Shown here: positions 11,360-20,441 of the stretch, piece after piece
How the letters are laid out: every line of letters starts with the position of its first letter
How positions within the stretch are numbered: the first letter of the stretch is position 1
Assembly (NCBI GenBank): GCA_965223325.1
Contig: CBDCWI010000001.1
Span: 832,001 to 896,000, forward strand
DNA: 64,000 bases
Source of the DNA: Candidatus Multivoradales bacterium
GTDB taxonomy: Bacteria; Acidobacteriota; Thermoanaerobaculia; Multivoradales; Multivoraceae
Reading direction: 5' to 3'
Notes under the pieces: generated by a model
What the model saw: the letters and a program-made list of their open reading frames with translations, nothing else
What the model was told of the DNA's origin: nothing
Database searches by the model: none
Made by a program: the position numbers and the translations under genes

Positions 11360-13690
11360 CTAGCGCAGGCCCAGCCGGTAGGTCACGACGAAGTTGCGCT
11401 CCGGTTGCGGGCGAAAGGCCCCGATGTTGGTGAACTCGGCGTAGAGCTCGTCGGTGAGGTTCTCGATCACCAGACCCAGACGATGCTCCTGGCGGTCGTT
11501 CGAAACCAAGGTCGTAAACGCCGCGATCTCGTGCAGCGTGAACGACGGCAGGGTCGGCCCGGCGAGCGGGACCGGATCGCCGGCTTCGAACACCGCGCGG
11601 CGATCTTCGTTATGGCGGAGGCGATACTCGACACTCCACCGGGGGCGCTCGTAGCGCGCCCACAGGCTGCCCTTGTCTTCGGGGACATCACCCGACGGAG
11701 GATTGTCGGCATCGATGCGCTCGCTGTTGAGATGGGTGTAGCTACCGCCGACGCTCCAGCTCTTTGCGAAGCTCCAGCCGCCCGAGACCTCGACACCCTC
11801 GAAGCGCACCCGATCGACGTTGCGCTGTTGCACCACGAAGCTGGCGCCGGCCTGCGCGATCGCCTGGCGGGTCACAGCCGGCAGGCCCGCGATCTCTGCG
11901 GGTGACAGAAAATCCTGCACGATGCCGTTGTCGATCTGGTTCTCGAAGTACACAGCTTCGGCCCACCCTCTGCGGTTGCGGTACTTGAAGCCAAAGTCGA
12001 AGTAGTCGCTGGTCTCGGACTCGAGTGACGGGTTGAGAATCTGGTAGCCGAACCCTTCCGGGGTGACGCCGTTGAACAGGCGCTCGATGATGCTGGGGGC
12101 GCGGAAAGCGGTACCCACCGAGCCGACCAACTCGAATGAGTCGTTGAGCTGCCAGAGCACATTGAGCGCCCCGACCACCTGGTCGTCATCGAAATCGAGA
12201 CCCTGGGTGTCGAGCCCCGGCGTGTTGACGGCGCGCGTTTCGACGTTCTGGTAGCGCACCCCGAGGATCAACTGCAGGCGATCGGTGACTGCGAACTCGT
12301 CCTGGACGAAGAGCCCGTAGGAGGTGTTGCGCGCGTTAGGAGTGTTGGCCACCGTATCGGTATCACTGAAGCTGCACTCGAAGGGCGGTGCGAAGTCGAT
12401 GCAGGTGAAGCCAGGGATCTCACCGATGACAGACGGCGGGAACGGAAAACGAAAGGTGGTGACCTGGTCCGAGCGATCGGTGTTTCGAGAGTCGTCCTCG
12501 CCCCATTCGACGCCGGCGGTGAGAAAGTTGCGTTCACCGGCTCTCCGCGTCGCCTCGGCCCGCACACCACGTGTATCGACATCGGTGAAGTTGAGCGTAT
12601 CGATGGTGATACCCGAGGACGGTGCTCCCGGAAAAATCGGCCCGATGTTGATGTCACCGAGGAACGCCAGCTCACGCTCGTTGCTCTGGTCGAAGATGCG
12701 CACGTCGAAGGTATTGAGCGCCGTGCCGGTGTAGCCGCCACCGCTCCAGTGCAACACGTAGCGATCGAAGTCCTGGAAGGGATACAGAATGCGGGTCTGT
12801 GTGCCGTTGAAGGCCGGGTCGATGAGCTCGGGATCGACGAAGCCGAAGCCGAACTGGTCGGCGCGGTAGCGATGGCCTCTAAAGGTCAGCGACTGGCGCT
12901 CGTTCCACTGCCAGCCGAGCCGGCCGGATACTGTGTCGTCTTCGACTCCACTGTCGATGACCTCAGTGGCACCGTCGAGCCGAATCGCACCGAAGGAACC
13001 GCTCGGCGCGTCGTAGTTCTCGGCGTCTCGCGTCGAGCCGCGCAGCGAGAAGGCGAAGGTCGGTCCCGAACCGGCGAGCCAGCCACCGAGCTTTTCCTGC
13101 TCGTCGGCACTCGAGGCACGCACATCGAGGCCACCACGATAGGCGACGGGCGCAGAAAACGTCGTGCCGGTGGGAACCAGGTTGATGACCCCCCCGATCG
13201 CACCGCTGCCATAGAGCACTGACGCCGGCCCACGCACGACTTCGACCTTCGCTACCCCGTCGAGGTCGGAAAGGCCTGTGATCTCGCCGAAGTCTGCCTG
13301 CCGCCGCGGGTTGTTGATCGACAGCCCGTCCTCGAGAAACAGGATGCGCAGGCCGCGCTGGCCGCGAATCACTGGCCTGACCTGGTTCGGGCCGACCCCG
13401 TTGAGGTCGACTCCTGGCTCCAAGGCCAGCAGCTCGGCGGGGTTGTCGACGGGATGTTCGTCGATGTCCTCGATGACCGAAACCGACATCGGGACGTCGA
13501 AGACGTCGACCTCGGTGCGGGTCGCGGTCACTGTGGTCTCGATGTGCAGGATGTCCCGGGCGTCGTCGTCCTTGTCGGCAGACGCCTGGGCCATCAGCGG
13601 AGCCACGAAGGCGACCAGTGAAAACAGGAACAGGCCGAACCGGGAGGATGAGAGGGGCAGTCGAGATCGATTCTCACACTGGCGATGCAT
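11360..13690 (-). CDS. TonB-dependent receptor
   Basis: TonB-box-like ETTVTATR, plug VEVVRGPASVLYGSGAIGGVIN, AFRAPS and ENLTDELY, with a terminal beta-strand. Start is uncertain (ATG 13690 or GTG 13732). Confidence 0.92.
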   Translation of the reverse strand: MHRQCENRSRLPLSSSRFGLFLFSLVAFVAPLMAQASADKDDDARDILHIETTVTATRTEVDVFDVPMSVSVIEDIDEHPVDNPAELLALEPGVDLNGVGPNQVRPVIRGQRGLRILFLEDGLSINNPRRQADFGEITGLSDLDGVAKVEVVRGPASVLYGSGAIGGVINLVPTGTTFSAPVAYRGGLDVRASSADEQEKLGGWLAGSGPTFAFSLRGSTRDAENYDAPSGSFGAIRLDGATEVIDSGVEDDTVSGRLGWQWNERQSLTFRGHRYRADQFGFGFVDPELIDPAFNGTQTRILYPFQDFDRYVLHWSGGGYTGTALNTFDVRIFDQSNERELAFLGDINIGPIFPGAPSSGITIDTLNFTDVDTRGVRAEATRRAGERNFLTAGVEWGEDDSRNTDRSDQVTTFRFPFPPSVIGEIPGFTCIDFAPPFECSFSDTDTVANTPNARNTSYGLFVQDEFAVTDRLQLILGVRYQNVETRAVNTPGLDTQGLDFDDDQVVGALNVLWQLNDSFELVGSVGTAFRAPSIIERLFNGVTPEGFGYQILNPSLESETSDYFDFGFKYRNRRGWAEAVYFENQIDNGIVQDFLSPAEIAGLPAVTRQAIAQAGASFVVQQRNVDRVRFEGVEVSGGWSFAKSWSVGGSYTHLNSERIDADNPPSGDVPEDKGSLWARYERPRWSVEYRLRHNEDRRAVFEAGDPVPLAGPTLPSFTLHEIAAFTTLVSNDRQEHRLGLVIENLTDELYAEFTNIGAFRPQPERNFVVTYRLGLR

Positions 13691-13818
13691 GGCAGAGCTC
13701 CGATGCCACGAGGAGGACCGTGGCACAGTCAAGACTAGGTTCCGAAAGTACGTCTCAAGGAACCTCCATCCTGACCGCGGCGGAGGCCATCTTTGTCACC
13801 GTCACGTCACCCGAGTTT

Positions 13819-14748
13819 CTACCGCCGCTTCTCCTTGCCCGATCCACCCGCCGCCAACGGCTCGGCGGGAGCTTTGAACGCTTCCGGCTCACTCGGCCGC
13901 CTGAGCGCACGAACGACGAGATAGAGCCCCACCAGAAAGATCGGAATCGAAAACAGCTGGCCCTTGCTCATCCAGCCGAAGAAGAGCTCGTAGCCGGTGT
14001 CGGGTTCGCGCCAGAACTCGTCACAGATTCGTACCACCGCATAGGTGATCGCCGCGGCGCCGGAGGTCAGGCCGGGGCGACGGCTGAACTTGTGCACCAA
14101 CGAAGCGACCACGAAGACCAGAAGACCCTCGCCGAGCGCGGCGTAGAGCTGCGATGGGTGGCGAGGTGTGGGAACGCCGCCGTCGGCCCAGCGCGTCGCC
14201 TCGGGGAAGATCACCGCCCAGGGCACTTCTGATGGCCTTCCCCAAAGCTCGCCGTTGATGAAGTTCGCGATGCGGCCGAGGAAGACGCCAATCGGCGCCG
14301 TCGCCGCCACCGCGTCCAGCATGACCAGGCGGGAACGGTTGTGACGGGTCGCCCAGATGGCCACGCCAACTAGAAGGCCGATGATCCCACCGTGACTCGC
14401 CATACCACCTTCCCAGACTCGGAAGACATAGAGCGGGTCGCTCACCAGACGGTCCCAGGCGTAGAGCACGCAGTAGCCAAGGCGCCCGCCAACGAACATC
14501 GGAAGGAAGGCGCCGTAGAGAACGAACTCTTCGACCCGCCACGCCGGCAAGGGCAGGCGGTCCTCGCGCGCGAAGCGGCGCATCATCCACCAGGCCGCGA
14601 GGGCACCGACGAGGTAGGCGAGCCCATACCAGCGCAAGGCCAGTTGATCGGTGATGTGGATGATCTCGCTATCGAGATCATGCACCCACCAGGTGCGCTC
14701 GATGGCTGCCTTGGAGGCCTCTTGGAACGCGGCGATTGTTATAGTCAT
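13819..14748 (-). CDS. lgt: Prolipoprotein diacylglyceryl transferase
   Basis: RWYGLAY, GGRLGY, WEGGMASHGG, GRIANFINGELWGR and RHPSQLY. Confidence 0.96.
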   Translation of the reverse strand: MTITIAAFQEASKAAIERTWWVHDLDSEIIHITDQLALRWYGLAYLVGALAAWWMMRRFAREDRLPLPAWRVEEFVLYGAFLPMFVGGRLGYCVLYAWDRLVSDPLYVFRVWEGGMASHGGIIGLLVGVAIWATRHNRSRLVMLDAVAATAPIGVFLGRIANFINGELWGRPSEVPWAVIFPEATRWADGGVPTPRHPSQLYAALGEGLLVFVVASLVHKFSRRPGLTSGAAAITYAVVRICDEFWREPDTGYELFFGWMSKGQLFSIPIFLVGLYLVVRALRRPSEPEAFKAPAEPLAAGGSGKEKRR

Positions 14749-15027
14749 GACTTCGATTCAAGCTTCCAGGAGAACTGGCCGGAAGGACGTACCACCGCGA
14801 AGCGCACCCGGCCGAAGTTCCTCTCACCGGGAATGCATCCGTTCGCTGAGCACGAACGGATGCCTCTGACACCTGAGCTTCTAACGGTGAGCGTCACCCG
14901 CGACGCACATCTTCCTGGTTGTTCCGAACGCTCCCAATGAGCGGAGATCGTAGCAGTCGGGCCCGTACTCCGGGCGCTCTCTCACGATCGGGATGCGTCC
15001 CATCCTCCCGCAGCAGAAGGACTCCCC

Positions 15028-15870
15028 ATGACCCCCAACGTTAAGCAACCCGCCACCGAGCTGGCCGACATCCAGAACAGTGAAGACCTGCGGGACGTGC
15101 GCATCGACAAGGTCGGTGTCTCGCGAATCGACTGGCCGATCGTGGTTGAGGACCGTGCACACGGCAAGCAGAACACGGTCGCCCGCATCAACATGTTCGT
15201 TGACCTTCCAGCGCACTTCAAGGGAACCCACATGAGTCGTTTCCTCGAGGTCCTGGGTGCCTACGAGGGAGCGATCAGTGCCGACTCCATCCCGGAGATC
15301 CTCGACCGCATGCGCGATCGGCTCAACGCGGACACCGCCCACTTCCGCGCCGAGTTCCCCTACTTCATGGAGAAGCGCGCCCCGGTCACCGACAAACCCG
15401 GCATGATGGGGTTTACCTGCACCTTCGACGCATGCGCGGGCACCCACAACGACTTCGTGCTGGGTGTCGACGTTCCGGTCACCACCCTGTGCCCATGCTC
15501 GAAGGAGATCAGCGCTCGCGGCGCACACAACCAGCGCGGCCTCGTGAAGCTGCGCGTTCGATTCACCGAACGCGTCTGGCTCGAGGAACTGATCGAGTGG
15601 ATCGAGGCCTCGGCGAGCTGCGCGCTCTACCCGGTCCTGAAGCGCCCAGACGAGAAGTGGGTCACCGAGCGCGCCTACGACAACCCGCGCTTCGTCGAGG
15701 ACCTCAGCCGCGAAGTCGTGGTGCGACTGCGCAAGGACGAGCGTATTCGCTGGTTCTCAGTCGAGGTCGAGAACTTCGAGTCCATCCACGCCCACAACGC
15801 CTACGCCTCGATCACCGGTTGGATGGACGGCCACGAGCCGACCGCCGACTGCGCCGGAAACAGCAGTTGA
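15028..15870 (+). CDS. folE2: GTP cyclohydrolase IB (FolE2)
   Basis: IDKVGV, KGTHMSRF, TTLCPCSKEIS, GAHNQR, LKRPDEK and ESIHAHNAYA. AAGGA RBS upstream. Confidence 0.95.
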   Translation: MTPNVKQPATELADIQNSEDLRDVRIDKVGVSRIDWPIVVEDRAHGKQNTVARINMFVDLPAHFKGTHMSRFLEVLGAYEGAISADSIPEILDRMRDRLNADTAHFRAEFPYFMEKRAPVTDKPGMMGFTCTFDACAGTHNDFVLGVDVPVTTLCPCSKEISARGAHNQRGLVKLRVRFTERVWLEELIEWIEASASCALYPVLKRPDEKWVTERAYDNPRFVEDLSREVVVRLRKDERIRWFSVEVENFESIHAHNAYASITGWMDGHEPTADCAGNSS

Positions 15871-15872
15871 GC

Positions 15873-17300
15873 ATGAGCATCGAAGTGCCGCGTTTCGAGA
15901 CTACGCAAGAGAGAACACTCGTGCCACGGCGCCGTGTCGCCCGCGGTCTCACCGTTCTGTTCCTCTCGTGCGCCCTATGGGCCTGCGGCGACGAAGACCC
16001 CTTCGAGGTCCTGCCCGAGGAGCCTCCCTCGATCGTGCTGATCGACCTGGGAACGCTGCGGGCCGATCGCCTCGGCGCCTGGGGCTACGAGCGCGCCTCG
16101 ACAGCGGCGATCGACGAGCTCGCTGCCAAGTCGGTGCGTTTCGACTGGGCCTTCGCGCAAGCTCCAGAGCCAGCGGCGGCGCACGCCTCGCTGCTCACAG
16201 GCCTCTACCCCACCACGCACGGCATGGTCGGCCCGACCTCGAAACTCGCCGAAGACACCCCAACCATCGCAACGCTCTTGGCGGAGGCCGGCTATGCCAC
16301 CGCCGCCTTCACCGACGGCGGCTACCTGAGCGCCGGCAGCGGTCTCCTGAATGGTTTCGAGCACCAGACCAACGTCGAGGGTGGCGGCTTCGCGCGCGGC
16401 GCCGAAGCGGCGCTGGCGTGGATCATGGAGCAGCCAAGCGAGCGACCGTTCTTCGTCCTCATCCATGGTGAAGACCTGCGCGCCCCCTATGGCTGGCCCG
16501 AAGTGCTCAACGACCCGTACTTCAAAACCCTCTGGAACGAACCAATTCCCGCAGGCTTCGACCCGACTCCCCAGGGCCTCGCCGCGATGCGCGCCGAGGA
16601 CCCCGACGACGAGCGGCATGCCAAGACAGTGGAACTGCTGAGAGCGCTCTACGACACCAGTCTCCATCGCCTCGACCAGAGCATCGGAGCGTTCTCGAGT
16701 GGGCTTCGGGGAAAAGGGGGTCTGCCCAACACCGTGATCGTCTTCGCCGGTGCCCACGGCGAGAACTTCGGGGAGCGCGGTGAACTGCTCCACGACGCGC
16801 TCCTGCCGAGCAGTGTCCGGGTGCCGCTTCTCCTCACCCTGCCAGCGGCAGGCGACGACCAGGCGCAGATCGAGACCACCCGTACGATCGAACACGCGGT
16901 CGAAATGGTCGACGTGGCGCCAACCCTCCTCGATCTGGCGGGCGCTCCGATTCCGGCCAACCTGCAGGGCGACAGCCTGACGCCGCTCCTCGTCGGGCTC
17001 TCCTTTCCGCGCTACTTCGCCTTCTCCGAAGCGGGCGGCGACGACGGGCCGCGCGCCGCGACCCTCGAGGGCTGGCAGCTACTCCGCCACGCGGATGGGA
17101 CGCACGAACTGTTCGCGCTCGCCAGCAATACGCCCCTCGCCAACGCCGCAGCCCAAGCACCCGACAAACTGCTGGTGCTCAGCCGTCACCTCGACGCCTG
17201 GCAGGAGAGGGCGCTAGCGGCCCGTGCGGGAGACAGCGGCGAGGCCACCCTGGATGAAGAGACCCTGCGCCAGCTCGAAAACCTCGGCTACATCCAGTAA
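15873..17300 (+). CDS. Sulfatase-fold lipoprotein with degenerate active site
   Basis: Lipobox LWAC, TLRADRLG, HASLLTGLYP, VRVPLL, DVAPTLL and C-terminal LENLGYI. Catalytic residues are substituted (see findings). ATG lies 2 nt after the folE2 stop. Confidence 0.85.
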   Translation: MSIEVPRFETTQERTLVPRRRVARGLTVLFLSCALWACGDEDPFEVLPEEPPSIVLIDLGTLRADRLGAWGYERASTAAIDELAAKSVRFDWAFAQAPEPAAAHASLLTGLYPTTHGMVGPTSKLAEDTPTIATLLAEAGYATAAFTDGGYLSAGSGLLNGFEHQTNVEGGGFARGAEAALAWIMEQPSERPFFVLIHGEDLRAPYGWPEVLNDPYFKTLWNEPIPAGFDPTPQGLAAMRAEDPDDERHAKTVELLRALYDTSLHRLDQSIGAFSSGLRGKGGLPNTVIVFAGAHGENFGERGELLHDALLPSSVRVPLLLTLPAAGDDQAQIETTRTIEHAVEMVDVAPTLLDLAGAPIPANLQGDSLTPLLVGLSFPRYFAFSEAGGDDGPRAATLEGWQLLRHADGTHELFALASNTPLANAAAQAPDKLLVLSRHLDAWQERALAARAGDSGEATLDEETLRQLENLGYIQ

Positions 17301-17525
17301 CCCTCTCATTCACCGGCCAGGCCCAGAGGGGGAACCAACCTCCCAGGCCGCTCGGAGAGTCGACCTACGGTTTCCCGAGGGGTGACCTGTTGCCGCTCCG
17401 CCTCTAACCTGCTGCGGAGTCGCCTCATCTATTGTTCAACTCCGTGGTAGTGCCGTCTTCCAGTCGGCGCGCGCTCGAGCGACCCCCGTCGCGCCCCGAG
17501 TCACCGTCCCTGGAGGAAGGTAGCC

Positions 17526-18032
17526 GTGACAGAGATCCTCACCTGGATCGAGAACACCGGGCTTGCGGTCTGGGTCCGCGAGTCGGTCTCGCTTTGGGCC
17601 TTCCCCGGTATTTTGTCGTTTCACACATTCGGGTTGGCGTTCCTGGTCGGAATCAGCGCCGCTTTCGATCTCAGGGTCCTGGGGATAGCCAAGAGCATCC
17701 CGCTGCACCCCATGCGGCAATTCTTTCGCGCCGCCTGGCTGGGCTTCTGGGTGAACACCATCTCGGGTGTCCTGCTGCTGATGGCCTACGCCACTTCGCT
17801 GGCCAAGAACCCGGTGTTCATCGTCAAGATGGTTCTGGTCTTCCTGGCGGTCGCTAACATGTACTGGCTCAACCGCACGGTCTACGCGGCTTCGGCAAAC
17901 GACCTGTCGGAGAACCGGCTACCTGAGAAGGCACGCATGCTCGCCCTTTCCTCGCTGGGCCTGTGGTTCGGCGCGATCGTCACCGGCCGACTGGTGGCCT
18001 ACATCGATCTGGTCAAGGGGCTCTTCACATGA
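17526..18032 (+). CDS. Small multi-TM membrane protein (DUF6644-like)
   Basis: H..G.A..VG...DLR.LG, F..KM and GRL pattern with several TM segments. GGAGGAAGG RBS upstream. Confidence 0.8.
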   Translation: MTEILTWIENTGLAVWVRESVSLWAFPGILSFHTFGLAFLVGISAAFDLRVLGIAKSIPLHPMRQFFRAAWLGFWVNTISGVLLLMAYATSLAKNPVFIVKMVLVFLAVANMYWLNRTVYAASANDLSENRLPEKARMLALSSLGLWFGAIVTGRLVAYIDLVKGLFT

Positions 18033-18059
18033 GCTCGGGCACATGAAGAAGGGGCGCTC

Positions 18060-18599
18060 GTGATGTTGCAGAATCTCTCAGATTGGTTGTGGCAAGAGTG
18101 GCTGGCGGATGCGGTCGTGGAGTACTCCTTTCTCCAGCCGTGCTTCGAAGTTCTGCACTTCACCGGCTTGGCGCTTCTGGTTGGCATCGTTGGCATGCTC
18201 GACCTTCGCCTCCTCGGGCTCGGCAAGGGAGTTCCGATCGCCGCCATTCACCGGCTCTTGCCGTGGGGCATCTTCGGGTTTGGCCTCACTCTCGTCACTG
18301 GCGTCTTGTTCATCGTCGGGGATCCGTTCAAGGAGCCACTGGTGTTCTTTCTGAACCTCTCCTTCCGCCTCAAGATGCTGTTCGTTGTCCTCGCCGGCAT
18401 CAACGCTCTGTCGTTCTACGTCACCGGGATCGCGAAACGAACCGACGCACTCGGACCGCACGACGACGCGCCGATGGGCGCCAAGTTCATTGCCGCCACG
18501 TCAATCCTCTTGTGGATCGGAGTGATGTACTTCGGCCGCATGCTGCCGTGGGCAGACGCGCTCTACCTGCTGTTCGGCGAACCCGACACTTTCGGCTGA
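18060..18599 (+). CDS. Small multi-TM membrane protein (DUF6644-like), paralog of upstream gene
   Basis: EVLHFTGLALLVG..DLRLLG, FRLKM and GRML, the same pattern as 17526-18032. Confidence 0.8.
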   Translation: MMLQNLSDWLWQEWLADAVVEYSFLQPCFEVLHFTGLALLVGIVGMLDLRLLGLGKGVPIAAIHRLLPWGIFGFGLTLVTGVLFIVGDPFKEPLVFFLNLSFRLKMLFVVLAGINALSFYVTGIAKRTDALGPHDDAPMGAKFIAATSILLWIGVMYFGRMLPWADALYLLFGEPDTFG

Positions 18600-18630
18600 T
18601 CCCCGGCCAGGACCGGCGCTCCGAAACGGC

Positions 18631-19590
18631 CTACTCGGGGTCGCTGGGAGTGGCGGTGCGCGCGGCGTCGAGGCTCGCGGCGGCGTCGTCGATGACCATC
18701 GGCTCGGGGCTGGCGGATGCGCTGACCTCGTTCTGCTCGTTCTGGAGTTCGGTGTCCCGGTCGACGATCTGTACGGTGCCCGTCAGGGTGCGATGTGGGA
18801 AGGGGATCTCGATCCCGTTCTCGGCGAAAGAGTCGTGAATCTTGTGTTGCAGGCTGGTCTTCGCCTCGAGAAAGTTCTCACGAGTCGCCCACACTGAAAA
18901 CTGCAGAGTCACTGCTGAGTCGCCGAAACCAGTCACCATGAACACAGGCCTGGGGTCGTCGAGGCAGGTGGGATGGTTCTCGACGAGGTCGAGAAGCAGC
19001 TCGCGAACGACGGCTAGATCACTGCCGTAGGCGACCCCGATCACGAGATCGATGCGCCGGATGGGGAACCGCGAGAGATTGATCACCTCCGACTTGATGA
19101 TGTTCTCGTTGGGAATGCGTACGAAGAGGTTGTCGAACGTTCGTAGCTTGACCGACAGGAGGTCGATCGACAGAACCTCGCCCGAGGTTGCGCCGATGCG
19201 CACCGCGTCGCCGAGCTCGAAGGGTCGCTCGGAGATGAGAAACAGGCCGCTGATCAAGTTCGAAGCCGAGGTCTGGGACGCGAAGCCGATCGCCACCGTG
19301 AGCACACCCGCGGCCCCGGCCAGGAACCCGACTTCGAAACCGAGGTTGTCGAGAGCCATCAGGGTAAAGAGCGCCAGGACCGCCCAGAACCAGAGCTGAC
19401 GCAAGAGGACGGTTTGCTGCGGCGCCAGGCGCTCCTGGAAGATGCGCGCAAAGATCCTCGACACCACCCGTGCGGCAAACACGCCACCGACGAAGAGGAG
19501 TGCCGCCCGCACGCCGCCAGTGATTGCCTCGGGGCTCAACCAGGGCACCTCAGCGACCCAGCTGCGCACGCTGTCTACTGCTTCTTGCAT
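18631..19590 (-). CDS. mscS: Small-conductance mechanosensitive channel family protein
   Basis: AIGFASQ..SNLISGLFL..ERPF..GD, DNLFVRIPN, GVAYGSD and IEIPFPHR. Confidence 0.93.
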   Translation of the reverse strand: MQEAVDSVRSWVAEVPWLSPEAITGGVRAALLFVGGVFAARVVSRIFARIFQERLAPQQTVLLRQLWFWAVLALFTLMALDNLGFEVGFLAGAAGVLTVAIGFASQTSASNLISGLFLISERPFELGDAVRIGATSGEVLSIDLLSVKLRTFDNLFVRIPNENIIKSEVINLSRFPIRRIDLVIGVAYGSDLAVVRELLLDLVENHPTCLDDPRPVFMVTGFGDSAVTLQFSVWATRENFLEAKTSLQHKIHDSFAENGIEIPFPHRTLTGTVQIVDRDTELQNEQNEVSASASPEPMVIDDAAASLDAARTATPSDPE

Positions 19591-19614
19591 GTCATATCGA
19601 ATCTTCGAGGAACA

Positions 19615-20424
19615 TCACGAGAACAGGTCGGCCACGCCACTGAACGCACGAATCAATGGGCTCTCTTCCTTCTGCTCCTCGCGCGCGGGCGACAGCTCCT
19701 TCGCAGCATCGCTCGGCGGCCCACTCTCGACCTCGAAGCGCGCAAACTCGCTGTCGCGTTCGCGAGTCATTTTGACCGACTGTGTCCACAAGGAGCCATC
19801 GCCACCGTCGTAGAGCGCCAGCAAGGGAACCGGAAGCTTCAAGCGTTGAAGCTCGAGAGGCTCGGAGCTGTCGTTGTGCACGCGCACGGCGGTCACTGCG
19901 CGGCGCGACATGTGAGGCACAAAGGTGCGGTCGAGCGCTGCACTCGTACGCGTGACGTAGCAGAGCTCGCCTTCGCGGCTGGTACCAAACCAGGTGTCTG
20001 ATGGACGACGCACCGGAATCTCGCACAACGACCGCTCAGGTTCGTCGAGTCCGATCTCAACCCATACCGGCGAGCCCACGAACAAGGTCACCGCTTCGCC
20101 GGCGAGAAGATGCAGGGGAATCCGCGGCAGAGTGACCACTGGGCGATCGGCCAACCGAGGCCGCAACCACAGGCCTGGCCCGGTGCGAGCGAGCGCGTAG
20201 CGTTCGAGATTCCCGTGCTGCGGCATGTCGGCTGCTTCGTCGCTCTGCCAGTCCACCCCGTCGCCTGACGGAGCCTGGTCGGCGGCCTCGACGGCCTGCT
20301 CCTGCCACGCCACCTGCCACTCTGAGGCGAACCGCGCAATCGCCAGGTCGCACCGTCCGACGCGCCAGGTCCGCACTCCGCCCTCAGAAAGCGAGTAGCG
20401 ACCCCACCAGCTCGTGAGTCCCAT
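19615..20424 (-). CDS. DUF432-like protein
   Basis: PRLADRPVV, RPSDTWFG..EGELCY and L.LP...L.LY. ATG at 20424, directly upstream of mscS. Confidence 0.72.
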   Translation of the reverse strand: MGLTSWWGRYSLSEGGVRTWRVGRCDLAIARFASEWQVAWQEQAVEAADQAPSGDGVDWQSDEAADMPQHGNLERYALARTGPGLWLRPRLADRPVVTLPRIPLHLLAGEAVTLFVGSPVWVEIGLDEPERSLCEIPVRRPSDTWFGTSREGELCYVTRTSAALDRTFVPHMSRRAVTAVRVHNDSSEPLELQRLKLPVPLLALYDGGDGSLWTQSVKMTRERDSEFARFEVESGPPSDAAKELSPAREEQKEESPLIRAFSGVADLFS

Positions 20425-20441
20425 GGCGACCCAAGGCCCCT

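Noticed and set aside
14840-14900. TPP or other known riboswitch upstream of folE2 (CTGAG...ACCTGA...TAA...AGCG words)
   Set aside because: Lacks the CUGAGA and ACCUGAU cores and the pairing needed for the TPP fold; resemblance is superficial.
15432-15872. N-terminal extensions in the ORF track (here, and for 3618-5141, 6576, 51329, 56686, 36535)
   Set aside because: They overlap neighbouring genes or lack family similarity; downstream starts fit signal peptides, RBS and gene spacing better.
18030-18062. Second selenocysteine readthrough between the DUF6644-like paralogs
   Set aside because: No convincing SECIS hairpin, no Cys-type context, gene 2 has its own RBS, and same frame occurs by chance one time in three.
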